Part shown: positions 14,317 to 29,459 of the stretch, piece after piece
Layout: each line of letters begins with the position of its first letter
Numbering within the stretch: position 1 is the first letter of the stretch
Source of the DNA: Octopus sinensis
Taxonomy: Eukaryota
DNA length: 64,000 nucleotides
Assembly (NCBI RefSeq): GCF_006345805.1
Contig: NW_021832409.1
Span: 35,750 to 99,749, forward strand
Direction: 5' to 3'
Notes under the pieces: generated by a model
Told to the model about the DNA's origin: nothing
Databases searched by the model: none
Seen by the model: the letters and a program-made list of their open reading frames with translations, nothing else
Made by a program: the position numbers and the translations under genes

Positions 14317-14911
14317 GAAGAGGCAGTGGTAGTGGTGGTGGTGGTGGTGGTGGGTGGCGGTGGTGTTGGTGGTGGTTGTAGCAGTAGCAATGATGATGAT
14401 GATGCTGATGCTAATGATGATGCTGATACTAATGATGATGATGATATCAGGGACGATAACACGACAACACCACCGCCATGGTAAGGATGAAGAGGAAACG
14501 TCAGGAGGAAGCGGAGGAAGCGGAGGAGGAGGGGGGAGAAGTACTGCTTGACGAAGATGAGGATGAAGATGCTGATCGCTACCAACGGTTAACGTTAATG
14601 TTTATATTATTGTAGTTTAATTTTTTTTCCCATTGGTTTCATAAAAATTTCTAAACATATATGCAAATTTTCCAGCTTTTGTCATTTAATAAAAAAAAAT
14701 GTAATAATGTACAAACAACAAAACAATAAATATAAGAAAAATAAATAAATAAACAAGCCAGTATACGAACAAAATATATAAACAAAAAAAGGTAAAACAT
14801 GGAATATAAATTAAAAAATAGTTTGGTTTTACGAAATACTCCATTCAATAAAATAAATTTAAATCTCCCCCCTCGCCCACATGAGAAATTTAATAAAAAT
14901 ACGAACTGATG

Positions 14912-14948
<37 letters not shown>

Positions 14949-14974
14949 TAATACAGCACAAGCTGTTATGTATA

Positions 14975-15010
<36 letters not shown>

Positions 15011-15043
15011 CATCAATATACATATATCTAGTTACATATATGT

Positions 15044-15080
<37 letters not shown>

Positions 15081-15188
15081 ATGTGTCTGTGTTATATATA
15101 TGTATATATATGTATAAATATGTATATACATATATATATATATATATGTATATATATGTATATATATATGTATATATATATATATATA

Positions 15189-15236
<48 letters not shown>

Positions 15237-15882
15237 ATATTATATATATATATATATGTATGTATGTATATATATGCCATACTTATACAGGAAAGATCAA
15301 TAAAGAAATGCATAATATAAAAAGGCAAATTTTAAAACTGAAAACATTAAAACAATATATACACAGAGAAGCACTCTTGTTAGAAACGCTGCTTTCTGCG
15401 GCCATATTTTATTCTACTTTATTTTATTTTCTGCTGTTTTATTCTATATTATTTGATTTCATTCATTCTTTCTTTCTTTCTTACTTTTTTCCCTTCTGTT
15501 TTTGTCTTCGGTGCTCTTAGAGAAAGGGAAACGGATAAGATAGAAATATTCTCTTATAAGGCAAGACAAGTATCGGTAGGGTGAGAAGTGGCTGGGTAAG
15601 TAGGTAGGGGTGTGTTCTTGAGAAAATGGCGTCATTCTGGACAGTTCCTTTAAGTCTTTTAATTAAATATTTCATTGTCAAACTTCCAAACCCACCCTGA
15701 TCATGGCACACACTGTCGGCTCCGCACTAATATATCCAACGTCACCATTCTACACGCATTTTTATAATTTATTTATTTATTTGTTCATTTATTTTAATTT
15801 TGGATCTTTTTTTTTTTTACTTTTATACTATTGTCATTTATATATATCAATTTTATTTTATGTCTGCAACCACCACCACCAA

Positions 15883-15949
<67 letters not shown>

Positions 15950-16053
15950 GCCACCACTACAACAGCAACTACTACTACCAGCGCCACCACCACTACTACT
16001 ACTATTGCTGCCGTTGCAGCTGCGGCTGCTGCTACTAATATTTCAACTACTAT

Positions 16054-16084
<31 letters not shown>

Positions 16085-16471
16085 GCTACGACGACGACGA
16101 CGACGATGACGACTACTACTACTATTGCTGCTGCTACTACTGCTGCGGCTATAAACAGAAGGCCACGCGCCACCACTTCCTACATGTTACCACCATTAAC
16201 GCCAACTCAATTAAATAACAAGAGTAACTGCCACAACTACAATCATGAACAACACTAACAACAACAACATCAACAATATTGTTATCACAATGAGAGCCAC
16301 CAGCACTACCACTACTAATACTATCACCGACACCACCACCCTTACGGAAGCAACCAACACCACGATGACAAACAACAATATCAAAGGACACGACAGCAAC
16401 AGTAGCGACAACATTAATAATTCCAACATTACACCTCCAGCCTCTGATGCTATACTCATTCACTGTAACCG

Positions 16472-16520
<49 letters not shown>

Positions 16521-16526
16521 GAAATA

Positions 16527-17091
16527 TTGGGCTGTCCGGAAAGTTCGCGCCGATTTTTAAAGGAAAGAAATAAGGTCAATAAATACTTGCCATTACATTT
16601 TTAATCAACCAAATATGAACTATTTTGTTGCACGATGCGTCTCCATCTTTCCTTTAACTTAACAATGCCCTCTTCGCAGAGTTGAGGTGGTTTCATGGCA
16701 AATAATTCATCAAGGTATCTTTTTACGTCATCCAAGGAATTGAAATTTTTACCATTAAGACTATTCGGCAGAGACCTGAATAAGTTGAAATCCGAAGGAG
16801 CAATATCTGGTGAATATGGAGGGTACGGTAACACATCCCAGCCGAGCTGCAGCAATTTTTGTCTGATTCCCAAATCATCAAGAGCCGAAAATGAACATTT
16901 TTATCTTCCATTTTAAAGGGTTACAGAATTAACACAGATTATAGGAACTTAAACCTTCTTCCACGAAAAGATAGCTTAAACTGCTCTAAATGGAGGTGTA
17001 GTCAAATCCTATTTCATGGACTCAACCATGTTCTAAAATATGTTGAAAGGTAAGCTACTATAAATCGGCATGAACTTTCCGGACAACCCAA
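16527..17091 (-). mobile_element. Internally deleted mariner transposon with both TIRs and TA target duplication
   Basis: TIRs ttgggctgtccggaaagttcgcgccgattt and aaatcggcatgaactttccggacaacccaa (3 mismatches in 30), flanked by TA on both sides. ORF 16601-16873 reads LGWDVLPYPPYSPDIAPSDFNLFRSL...GIVKLKERWRRIVQQNSSY (mariner YSPDLAPxD motif). Confidence 0.95.
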
Positions 17092-17317
17092 TACTTTTGC
17101 TGTTTTCTAAATACCGAGGCTTTTCTATGTGGTTGCTTGCTTTGCTAGAAATAACAATGAATTTTATGAACTTATAAGTTACAGATACTTTGCACTGAGG
17201 CCATGGCCTAAACGACTTTGATCTTAGGTTTAAGGAGCTTGGAGTGAATACACCGACTACAGCTACAATGCTTCTACTTTACAACAGTAACAACAACAAC
17301 AACAATAACAATAATAA

Positions 17318-17850
17318 TGGTTTCACATTTTGGCACAAGGCCAGCAATTTCGGAGGGAGCATGTTAGGCTATTACATCGGCCCCATTACTCAACTTATTT
17401 TTACGAGCCTGGAAAGATGAAAAGTAAAGTCAACCTCGAAGGAAATTGAACTCAGAACGTAAAGAAAGACGAAATATATCACTAAGCATTTTGTCTGGCA
17501 TGCTAATAATGATAATAATAAACCTTTTTTACTATAGGCGCAAGGCCTGGAATTTTAGGATTGAGGTTAAGTCGATTACATCGACCCCAGTGCGTAACTG
17601 GTATTTATCTCATTGAACCCGAAAGAACGAAAGGCAATATCGACATCGGCGAAATTTGAACTCATAACGTAAGGACGGACGAAATGCCGCTAAGCATTAT
17701 TCCTGGCGTGCTAACGAAACTGCCAGCTCTCTAATAATAATAATGATGATAATAATGGTTTCAAATTTTGGCACCAGGCCTGCACGTTCGGTGGAGGTGT
17801 GAATCGATTACATTGACCTCAGTGCATAACTGGTACTTATTTCATGGATC
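17318..17850 (-). mobile_element. Cluster of three Meta-like SINE copies or fragments
   Basis: Reverse complements of the 12725 family at about 17320-17510, 17522-17730 and 17757-17850, separated by (AAT)n. Confidence 0.75.
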
Positions 17851-19265
17851 ATCGAATGTATTTTGCCACACGCGCTGATATCTCTGCTGGATCGTAGCAT
17901 TCAGCAAAGTTTTAAATAAAGATACCTGCCAAAAAGGTGGAGGAACCTTTCAAAGAGAAATCAAAGAGCAAAAATATATGAAGATGAAAAAGGTGCCAGT
18001 AGGTTATTTGTCATTGAAAAACACATTGTTGAGAGTCTAAGGTTTCCTTCGATAAAGGATTTTGGATAGCTGAATGATTAAGTCGATGACCCAAGCAGAA
18101 GATGGCGGGATTTGAGCACAGAAGGCACAGAACTAGTGTAAGACATGCGGTCCGAATGCAGTCGACCGTTCTTATATTTTCGCAAATCCACTTCCATCGC
18201 TAGAATCTATATTTTCTTCGTCTTCTCCGACTCCAGGAAAGCAATTTGAGCATGACAGAACTTGAAATCAAAGCTCGGGGAATCAGAACAATTCCACGAG
18301 TTATTCTATTCGACTTTCTAACGACTTTGTCAAGTCGCCGCAAAGATCTGTAACAATTTCTTTGTTTTGCGAGAAAGATTAATCTAGCTATCTGACGTGT
18401 CCATCGCTAGAATCACGGGAAGGTGTCGAAAAGTCATGAAAATTATTGAAGGATTTTATGCTGAATATGAGTAAAAGAACTGAGGATATACACTTCTTTT
18501 TTCTGGCTGAAGAAGTTGATAAGTTCTACTCAAGGAAAACGAAATTTAGGATGGAGAGGGTGGTGATAACGGTCCAGTGAATTTTCTGAATAATATAAGA
18601 GGAAGGCGTGTCTGGGTGTACTCTCACTGTGAACTTGTTGGCTGCGTACCACAACTGGCAAAGGACTTAAGTGACACGTTAGGGGTGCAGATGAAGGTAT
18701 GAGCTCTGGGAAATTTCCTGAAAGGTTTCTAAGAAAAGTGCGAATAACGCCGTCCTCATCGTGTACCTGTTGACTGCATAGCACAACTGGCGCAGTGCTT
18801 TTGCCATTGTCTATTTGGATAATTTGGTTTACGGAGCCTAGTATAAGGTTACCCTATCCGAACGATATATTTCTGTTTCCTTTCCTTCTTGATCTAATAC
18901 CTGTTTTCTTATACTCTCGCCACAATATATCAGTTCTCGCTTTATTTGGGGTGGGGGTGGGGTGTTTGTTCTTTTTTTTAAAGAAAATTGATTCTTCTTA
19001 TGTCACTTTGTCCATCGTTTCCGGCAAATAATAAATCGACTATAGGTATCATCATCATCGTATATGTATCTTCATCGTCATCGACATCGTTATATCAAAT
19101 TCGTCACCAGCACCGGCGCGCCAACATCCCCACCACCCGCTAGCATCGCCTCCTTATCGCCACTACCACTGCTGTTATCATCCTCACCTTCATCTTCGGC
19201 CTTAGCATCACCATCTTTAATCATCACCAACCTCCTCCTCCTCATCCTCATCCTGATCCTGATCC

Positions 19266-19315
<50 letters not shown>

Positions 19316-20535
19316 GTCATCATCATCATCATCACCATCATCATCATCGTCATCATCATCGTCATCATCATCATCATCGTAGTCGTCATCATCATCATCA
19401 TCATCATCATCACCACCACCATCATCAACGTAATCATAATCATCACGACCAATATCGTCATAGTCATCAAAATCATTTTTCTCCTCCTCTCCTCTTCTCC
19501 GTCTCCATCCCTCCACTTTCTCAACCTCCTCCTCATCCTCATCACAATCATCACTATCATCACAACGACCAACAGCAATAACACCACCACCACCGCCACT
19601 GCCTTCTTTATTGATCATTAGTAGACTCCGCCGTCGCCCCGACGACCAAGGGCGCTGCCAATACCGATATTGCAATCATCATTATCATCATAGTCATAAT
19701 CACGAGCAAAAAGGGAATTACCGCCGCCATCACCATCGTCATTATCCTATCGTTACTGCCAGCACCACCACCACCACCACCATCTGCATCTTTCTCCTCC
19801 TTCTCCTCCTCATCATCATCATCAACATCATCGTCATCGCCTTCAACATCGGCGTTCTGATCATCATCATCATCAATATTATTATCATTAGCAAAATTGT
19901 TATTGCACGTACTGGTTTGAGTATTCCGTTATTAAAGCTGCATCTGTGTCAATGGTGGTGGTGGTGGTGGTGGAGGTGGTGGTGGTGCTGGTGGTGGTAT
20001 ACACAGTGCTGCTGTCGTAGTTGCTGTTCTTTGTTGTTGTTGTTGTTGTTATTGTTGTAATTCACTTGAAATCTTCTCCAGAAATTAATATCGAGCAATT
20101 AACAGATTTTTAATCAGGAGACAAAGAGACAAAGCAGCCACTTGAAATGAGAAGACGAGCCTTGACACTATTGAAGATGACAATAGAGAAATTGGAGGGG
20201 AGAGAGCAGAATATTATGCTAAGACGTTAAGTGGCGCTCTTGCATCTATGCGCGTGCGTGTGTGTACGACTGTCTATATAGCATTATGTATGTATGTGTG
20301 TATGTATGCATGCATGTATGTATGTATATTTATGTATAAGTATACATGTATGTATACATTGTATGCGTATGTGTGTATATACATATCTATGTTAATATAT
20401 ATATGTGTGTGGTGTGTGTGTGTGTATATAATGCATGTATACATGTGTATATATGTATATACATATATATATATATACATGTGTGTGTGTGTATATATGC
20501 ATATATGTATGTATATATACATATATTTAAAATTA

Positions 20536-20599
<64 letters not shown>

Positions 20600-20610
20600 T
20601 ATGGATATAC

Positions 20611-20644
<34 letters not shown>

Positions 20645-21443
20645 ATGTGGGTGTGTGTGTGTACGCAACACACACACCACTTATAGCGTATGCATGTAAT
20701 ATGATATGTGTGTGTGTGTTTGAAATATCTATATGCTTTATAAATATGCCTACGTATACTCATTTCTGTAACGTATTGTGTATAATGTATGTGTATAGTT
20801 AGATTGATATATAAATATACACACACGTGTGTATATATATATATATTATATATACACATATATAGACGTATATACATACCATACAGATGCATGCGGACGT
20901 ACACACATTGGGACCATGTATTACATATAACGCACACGTGTGTGTTTGTGTGTGCCCGCGCCTTTGTGTGTAAGCGTGCTGTGCGTGCGACTATATGTTG
21001 CACCCTTGTGTGGCTAGATTGACGTACGCACGTGGTTGTTATACCGTTGGTAATGAGGTATGAGCAGGTTGGTTTAATTTCACGTTTACGAAATCACCTC
21101 ATGGACTTCAGCAAGCGTGTGCGCGGCTTGTAAGTGAATAGAACACACTTGTTTTTTTTTTTTGCGTTTTCGCTATTTCAGCATCTTTGTATTATCATGG
21201 TGTGCATCTGTGTCTGTCATAGTGCATCTCTGTGTACGTGTACGTGTGGGGGTTTGGGGTTGGGGGGGTTCTCTGTGTCTTTGAGCCACATGATATTATC
21301 CAGGATAACCTGAGGCGAACACGATGACAAGAATTCTTCGGTTTGAACAGTCCAACATTTCTGTGAATTTACCGTATAATTACTCAAGAATTATTTGCAC
21401 CGACAACAGATTGGCATTTTGATTATTATTATTATTATTATCA

Positions 21444-21536
<93 letters not shown>

Positions 21537-21921
21537 CATTATTATTTTTGTTGTCATCATTGTCATCGTAACTTTTTGTATTATTAATCTTATCAAAAAT
21601 ATTTTTACTAGTATTGTAATAATTCATCATCATCGTTATATTATCATCATCATCTATCATTATTATTAATATTACTATTATTATTATTATTATTATTGTT
21701 ATTATTATTATTATTATTATTATCATTATTATTATTATCATCATTATCATTATTATTTATTTTCTCATATATATTTCAATTAAATCATTATCTCCTTGCC
21801 GTAATCTTTTTCTTATTTTTTTATTTTATGATTTTTAAAAAAATTCTCGTCCTTTGTTTCTTACAGCGAGAAAGTATGTCATTTAATCCAGGATTTTACG
21901 AAATTATTCAGTCTATTGTTT

Positions 21922-21984
<63 letters not shown>

Positions 21985-22060
21985 CAGCAGCAGCAGAGTA
22001 GTAGTAGTAGTAGCAGCAGCAGCAGCAGAAGTAGCAGTAGTAGTAGTAGTAGTCGTAGTC

Positions 22061-22107
<47 letters not shown>

Positions 22108-22414
22108 TATTTGAATTTTACTGATAAAGTTGTAGTTTCGTTGCAGCATGTCTTTTCTAATGATATTATGTCAATTAGAACTAGCCGACCCACTAATTAC
22201 TGTGGTATTTAATTATGTCGATGTCTGTTTAGTAAATGACTTAGCAACAGCCTCTTAAAGTACTAAAACTCTCCTTCTGAAATTAAGGTACATGTTTGCG
22301 TTCAGGGACGCAAATACCACAAGGTGCCTCAGCACTGATATAGACTTACACAAACGTGTGTATGCGGGTGTGTGTGTATGAGTGTGTTTGCATGTGTCAA
22401 TATACATATATTCA

Positions 22415-22464
<50 letters not shown>

Positions 22465-23231
22465 ATATATATATAAATATATACATATAGATGTATGCAT
22501 ATATGTATGTATAAGCACACACATATATGTTTGTATATATAAAGAAGTACACAAGTATATATGCCTGTTAATAAAATGAGTATATATATATATATATATA
22601 ATATATATACATAAAATATACATACCACATAAAAAGCATATATATATGTATGTGGTGTGTGTTTGTGTGTGTTTGTGTGTGTGGGTGTGTGTGTGTTTGT
22701 GTGTGTATGTGTGTGTTTGTGTGTGTTGTGTGTGTGTGTATAATGATTTGTAATTGAGGCAGAAGGCAGTAATTTTGACGGTAGGATTTTCGAAGAAACC
22801 CTTACCCCAGTATTTCACGGGTTTTATATTTTCTCGTCCTAGGAGGAAAAATACTAAGGTTTCATCGGCAGGATCTGAACTTCGAACCTGTCATTTTTCC
22901 CACGCTCTGACGTTTCTACCAAATTGTATTAAATGTGTGCGCGCGCGCGTATGTGTGTGTATGCGCGTGTGTGTGTCTATGTATGCTTGTATGCATATAA
23001 GTATATTCTTTTGAAACATATGCTAGTTAACCCATGGCTGCGACCCTGTCAGTTGCCACTACACCAGATCAGAGCAAACCTGAGAATAGTAGTGGCTAGG
23101 ATGCAACTCCACACTCTTCAAAACCGCCAGGGCGTGCAGTAAAACCACTGAGTGTGAGGGCTTCCAAGCTATTGGCACAACGTCCTTCTAAGTGCAGGAT
23201 TACTGGTCACCTCTCTTCGGCCTGTCACTAG

Positions 23232-23456
23232 GCGATCTGGCAGAAACGTTAGCACGCCGGGCGAAATGCGTAGCCGTATTTCGTCTGCCGTTACGTTCTG
23301 AGTTCAAATTCCGCCGAGATCGACTTTGCCTTTCATCATTTCGGGGTCGATTAAATAAGTACCAGTTACGCACTGGGTCGATATAATCGACTTAATCCGT
23401 TTGTCTATCCTTGTTTGTCCTCTCTGTGTTTAGACCCTTGTGGGTAGTAAAGAAAT
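23232..23456 (+). mobile_element. Meta-like SINE, long-tail variant
   Basis: ctggcagaaacgttagcacgccgggcgaaatgcgtagccgtatttcgtctgccg...gtgggtagtaaagaaat. Confidence 0.85.
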
Positions 23457-25545
23457 ATGTCACTAGGTACTAATATCGGAGACCCGGGGAATGCTATTTA
23501 TATTGTTCAAGCGTTTGTCATTGTAATCTAGTGATGTACAGATGACTTTTTATGATGACCATATTTGTACCCCCACCAACTGAAATCCTAATGGCGACAG
23601 GAGAATCGTGACGCATGCACATTAACCAGTCGTATGTGCACAGAAAGTTACGACTTTCGTCTGTCAACTCTGCTTCAAACCATGTCGATATGCGTTGTGG
23701 CTGAGTTGCCATTTGAGAGGTCGTGGGTGTAAAATCTGAAATACCATTAATAACGAGAAAGCACAAGGAGATAATAATCAGCTATAAAGATGATGCAATC
23801 AACAATTTCTTTTAGCAATGACGTGTGATAATATCGGGATCTTTTAGCAGCTCTGCAATTAATATTTTCAAAGTGAATTCGTTCATATGCATGTACAAGC
23901 ATGAAATTTCGGGCTTCTTATTGAATCAGTGAGCGAACATGTACTTTTCTGCAGTACACATGCTGCATCTCTTTCCTCCAATTGAATACTGCTTTGTAGT
24001 TTTCACCATAATCTAACTAACTGTTATATTGATACTTTTGTATCTTTCATTTTCGAGATGTATTTGGATAGTATGATGTATTTGATTGTGGCTTTAAAGA
24101 ATTTGTGTACCGCGTTTATATGATTTTAAATGCATTTTCCTTGCGAATAACATAGTTCTACTTGGTTTCTTCTAAACTAGGTACCATTTCCCTTAACCCA
24201 TTCACATTCATGAAGCAATTCTCGTTAACTGAACAGGCAGTAGTGTTTCTGCAATTTCATTTCCACAGTTGGGTTCCAGTATTTTTGTTTCTAAGCTGTT
24301 TTTTTATTGGCCGTTTGAGATATTATATCATTTAAGCAGCTGAATAACTTAAACATCATTCTTATTCAAGAGTGCATGTTATTTATGAGTTACGGTTAGC
24401 ACATTTATTTACCAGGCACAGAAAATTGCCAGCTATATTACATTCTATGATCATACAATATGGGTGAAGGGGTTAAACGATAACGATATGATAGTTAATT
24501 TTTTCTATTCCTATTTGCGGTGCATTTTCCATATAATCTAGTTATTTTTTTTATTTGTATCCACTTCTTTTTAAAGCGTTATTATACTAAGGGTTCGATT
24601 CGATTAGCTGTGTACATATCGGAGGATAAGTTAGATATTCTCCTGCGCTTATTGCGTATTGAGCTTTTTAATGATTACAAGTGGATTGTTAACGTTTCTC
24701 TCTATATATTTTATATCCTTATTTTGTTTTCTTTTATACAATAATACTCGCCTGTAGTGAAGTCTAATGCAATGTCTCAAAAAAATTGGCGTTTCAAAAA
24801 TTAGTGCTAACGGTCATCTCTAAGTTAAATACTTAAAATATGCTAATTAGATCTTTCTTAAATTTTTCTCTATGCTGTGGTCGTTCATTACGCGACAGAC
24901 TCGCAGCTAGTTTTCACGATATAATCCTCTGCTAAGGGAGTTTGTTCTTTTCTTAGGGGTATCTAGATTATAAAGGCCGAGAGTTCGTAAACTTCCGCCT
25001 CATTTGATTAGGCAGGGTAAGGGTTGAGGTAAGATTGTTGGAGGCTAATGACGAATTGATGGTGGTGGTGGTGGTATTGTTCTTGTTGGTGGTGGTTGTG
25101 GTTGTGGTGGGGATGTTGTTGTTGTTGTTGGTAGTTGTGATGGTGGTGGTTGTCGTCGTAACGGTGGTGGCGTGATAGGGATGAGGGATATAATGGTGGC
25201 TGCAGGAGACTTTATGGGTAGCGATGGCGGTGATGATGCTTGAGTATTTGTAACAGCCGTGGAGATTGTCTTGGTAGCGATGGTGATTGTTACTATGGTG
25301 TTAGTGTGGAGGGGATGGTAGTGGAGTGGGGATTATGGTGGCAGTGTGGGGGGTGGGGGTGCTGGTTGTGATGATATTGTGGCGGTGAAGGTAGTGATAA
25401 TGACGGTGCTGTTATGTAAATGGAATGACAGAAACGGTGAAAAAGAAGGCAGACTCAATCATATTTTGTAAGTAAAGGGGAGAGGGTGAGGCGAGTCAGT
25501 GGGGTCGAGACGTTGAAAGAGGGTATGAGTAAAGTAGAAAGAGAG

Positions 25546-25655
25546 AAGAAGAAGAAGAAGAAGAAGAAGAAGAAGAAGAAGGAGAAAGAAGAAGAAGAAG
25601 AAGAAGAAGAAGAAGAGAAGAAGAGAAGAAGAAGAAGAAGAAGAAGAAAGAAAAG
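25546..25655. repeat. (GAA)n microsatellite
   Basis: Direct reading. Confidence 0.9.
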
Positions 25656-26010
25656 AGATGAGGTATGGAGCGAGAGAGAGAAGAGGAGACAGACAGGCAG
25701 AGAGAGATAGATAGAGAGAGAAAAAGAGACAGAGACAAAGTGAAGGAGACAGTATCTTTTATATTTTATATTTTTACCTGCTTCATTCATTACACTACAG
25801 TCATGGTGGGGCACCGCTGGTACTCATTCTATCGCTTCTTTTTTTGTCAAGACGCTATGTCACGGGGTCGTAAACACACCAACACCGGTTATCACGCGTT
25901 GATGAGTGAAAAACACAGATACAAAGACGCACATACACATACACAAAAACAAACACAATCATATATACATACATGCATATATACATACATGCATATATAC
26001 ATATATATAC

Positions 26011-26067
<57 letters not shown>

Positions 26068-26077
26068 ACATATATAT

Positions 26078-26110
<33 letters not shown>

Positions 26111-27101
26111 GACTAGTTTCTTTTAATTTCTGTCCACCGCATCCACTCCCAAGAATTTGACCGACCCGAGGCAATAGCGGTAGAGAGTTGCCGAAGTTAC
26201 CACGCAGTGGGACTGAACCATATGGTTGGGAAGCAAGCTTCTTTTCTAAGCAGATAATGTAAGAGAGAGAGGTTAACAGAGATGGAAATAGAGAAAAGCA
26301 AAAGGAGAGAAGGAATGGCTATACGAGAAAATAGAAGAAGAAGCAAGAATAAAGAGAGAAGTGCATAAAATGAAAGAGAGAAAGAGAGGCAGAATAAAAA
26401 GAGATAAAATATAAAGAATGAGAGGAGAAAGAAAAAATTATGGGAGAAGAAAGATTGTAAATGGGAAATCTTAGAAGGAGGAAAAAAGATTAGAAAAGAT
26501 TGAGAAAGAGAGAGAAGAAAAGGAGAAAGGGCGTGGGTGAGAGAGAAAAATAAGAGTTGAAGGGAGCAAGACAGTCTGTGTTAAGGAGAGGGAGAGAATG
26601 AAGAAAGAGAGAGAGGAAGAAAGGAGAAAGAGTAAATGTGTGTAAGAGAGGGGAAGAAAACAATGAAGAAAAACCAGACAGGGTGAGGCGTAGTGAGAGG
26701 AGAAGGAAAGAGCGAAGAGGAAAACTAAAATAGCATTAGATATCATCTGGTGGATTTTTGGTCAGACTCGAACCCCATATCCCTCTTGATCCTATGTAGC
26801 ATTTGAAGGGTCATCAGGGCAGAATTTCTTGTCCATACAGATATGGTATATGTAGGGTTTTGTGTTTCTTTTTACTGGACAGCCGACCGCGTGTGCCTGT
26901 TTCCAGAATGATAAACTCCTCTTTCCAATGGTCGTTGGATGATTTCAATGAGCAACACGTAGGGGAAGCGATACAGTCTGAGATAATGGAGGAAGGGATG
27001 TTGAGAGAGAGAGAGTGGGGGAGAGTGAGTGTGGAGAGAGAGAGAGGGGGAATGGTGAGAGGGTTGGGAGATAAAAGGCAGGAAAAGGAGATATCAATAA
27101 G

Positions 27102-27139
<38 letters not shown>

Positions 27140-27140
27140 T

Positions 27141-27790
27141 GTTTATTTATTAGCCACACAGGGCTGCACACAGACAGGACAAAATTACAAGGTAGAGCTT
27201 TTCTTTTGGGTGTAAAAGAAAGGGGTTTGGTTTTCGATCAAAAGGGATCGTAAATGGAAAGAAGGAGGACAAACTAAGGGGGGGATATAATTAAAAAAAA
27301 AGGTGGGGGGAAGGACAAAAAATGAGATCAATAGGGATCGTTATCACAGAAATGTCAATATGAAGTGTAAAGGGGAGGACAGGTGAGGTTTATCCGTGGA
27401 AAGAAAGCCTACGGAAAAGACCATGGTAACCTCGGTCAATGAAGTCACATGTTATATTTTTTTTTTTTTTTGCAAATAAGCAACTCTCTGTATTGATTTT
27501 TACGGTTCATAGAATCATAGTCAAGGTGGCTTCGTCATTCATACGTGCCAATCTTACTACATTCACCCATCTTTTTTAAAACATTCACTAGACAAAACTT
27601 GCCTCTCTACTCTCACTTTCCTCTTCAAGTGATACTTGAAGAAGTTGATGAGAGATTGACCAGAGAGAGAGGAAAGTGTTGTCTCTAATCCTTTCAGGCG
27701 CGCGTCACCAGATACATTCTTTCGCCATAGCCACAAGTATGATAAAAATAGCTCTTCCTTCCCGTTTGAAGGAAGGAGGCGTGACGATAT
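27141..27790 (-). mobile_element. 3' end of an L1/Tx1-like LINE, copy 1
   Basis: Minus strand encodes ...LKGLET...[27 protein letters not shown]..., then a 3' UTR ending aataaataaac plus (ATCT)n. Confidence 0.7.
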
Positions 27791-27812
27791 GGATGGATGG
27801 ATGGATGGATGG

Positions 27813-27959
<147 letters not shown>

Positions 27960-27960
27960 T

Positions 27961-28608
27961 GTTTATTTATTAGCCACACAGGGCTGCACACAGACAGGAC
28001 AAAATTACAAGGTAGAGCTTTTCTTTTGGGTGTAAAAGAAAGGGGTTTGGTTTTCGATCAAAAGGGATCGTAAATGGAAAGAAGGAGGACAAACTAAGGG
28101 GGGGATATAATTAAAAAAAAAAGGTGGGGGGAAGGACAAAAAATGAGATCAATAGGGATCGTTATCACAGAAATGTCAATATGAAGTGTAAAGGGGAGGA
28201 CAGGTGAGGTTTATCCGTGGAAAGAAAAGCCTACGGAAAAGACCATGGTAACCTCGGTCAATGAAGTCACATGTTATATTTCTTTTTTTTTTGCAAATAA
28301 GCAACTCTCTGTATTGATTTTTACGGTTCATAGAATCATAGTCAAGGTGGCTTCGTCATTCATACGTGCCAATCTTACTACATTCACCCATCTTTTTTTA
28401 AAACATTCACTAGACAAAACTTGCCTCTCTACTCTCACTTTCCTCTTCAAGTGATACTTGAAGAAGTTGATGAGAGATTGACCAGAGAGGAAAGTGTTTG
28501 TCTCTAATCCTTTCAGGCGCGTCCACCAGATACATTCTTTCGCCATAGCCACAAGTATGATAAAAATAGCTCTTCCTTCCCGTTTGAAGGAAGGAGGCGT
28601 GACGATAT
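27961..28608 (-). mobile_element. 3' end of an L1/Tx1-like LINE, copy 2 (tandem duplicate of copy 1)
   Basis: Near identical to 27141-27790 with the same 5' truncation. Peptide [35 protein letters not shown]...[21 protein letters not shown]. Confidence 0.75.
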
Positions 28609-28903
28609 GGATGGATGGATGGATGGATGGATATATATATATATAATTATATATATATATTATATATATTAGATATAGATAGATATAGATAGATAGATAG
28701 ATGATAGATAGATAGATAGATAGATAGATGATAATAGATAGATAGATAGATGGATGGATGGATGGATGAATAGATATATAGATGGATAGATAGATAGATA
28801 GATAGATAGACAGCAGACAGACGGATAGATAGATAGATAGGCAGATAGATAGATGGATGGATAGATAGATAGATAAATAGATATAGATATATCTATCTAT
28901 ATC

Positions 28904-28945
<42 letters not shown>

Positions 28946-28946
28946 T

Positions 28947-29128
28947 GTTTCTTTATTAGCCACATAGGGCTGCACACAGATAGAACAAATTACAAGGTAG
29001 AGCTTTTCTTTTGAAGGTTTAAAAAAAAAAAAAAAGAAGGCGGAGTTTCGATCAAAAGGGATCGTAAAAGGAGAGAAAGAGGACAAAAAAAGGGGGGGTT
29101 AAAAAAAAAGGGGAGATGAAAAAAAAAA
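28947..29128 (-). mobile_element. 3' UTR fragment of the same LINE, diverged
   Basis: ctttattagccacatagggctgcacacag...acaaggtagagcttttctttt...tttcgatcaaaagggatcgt, in (GATA)n. Confidence 0.75.
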
Positions 29129-29262
29129 TAGATAGATGGATGGATGGATGAATAGATATATAGATAGATAGACAGATAGACAGACGGATAGATAGATAGA
29201 TAGGCAGATAGATAGATGGATGGATAGATAGATAAATAGATATAGATATATCTATCTATATC

Positions 29263-29447
<185 letters not shown>

Positions 29448-29459
29448 GGCATAGTCATT

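Noticed and set aside
19217-19675. Asp/Glu-rich 152-aa ORF
   Set aside because: It lies in a (CAT)n-derived tract with no signal peptide or splice support, so it is compositional.
18945-21270. G-runs with G-quadruplex potential (18948-18964, 21248-21268)
   Set aside because: These are common in this low-complexity background, with no functional context.
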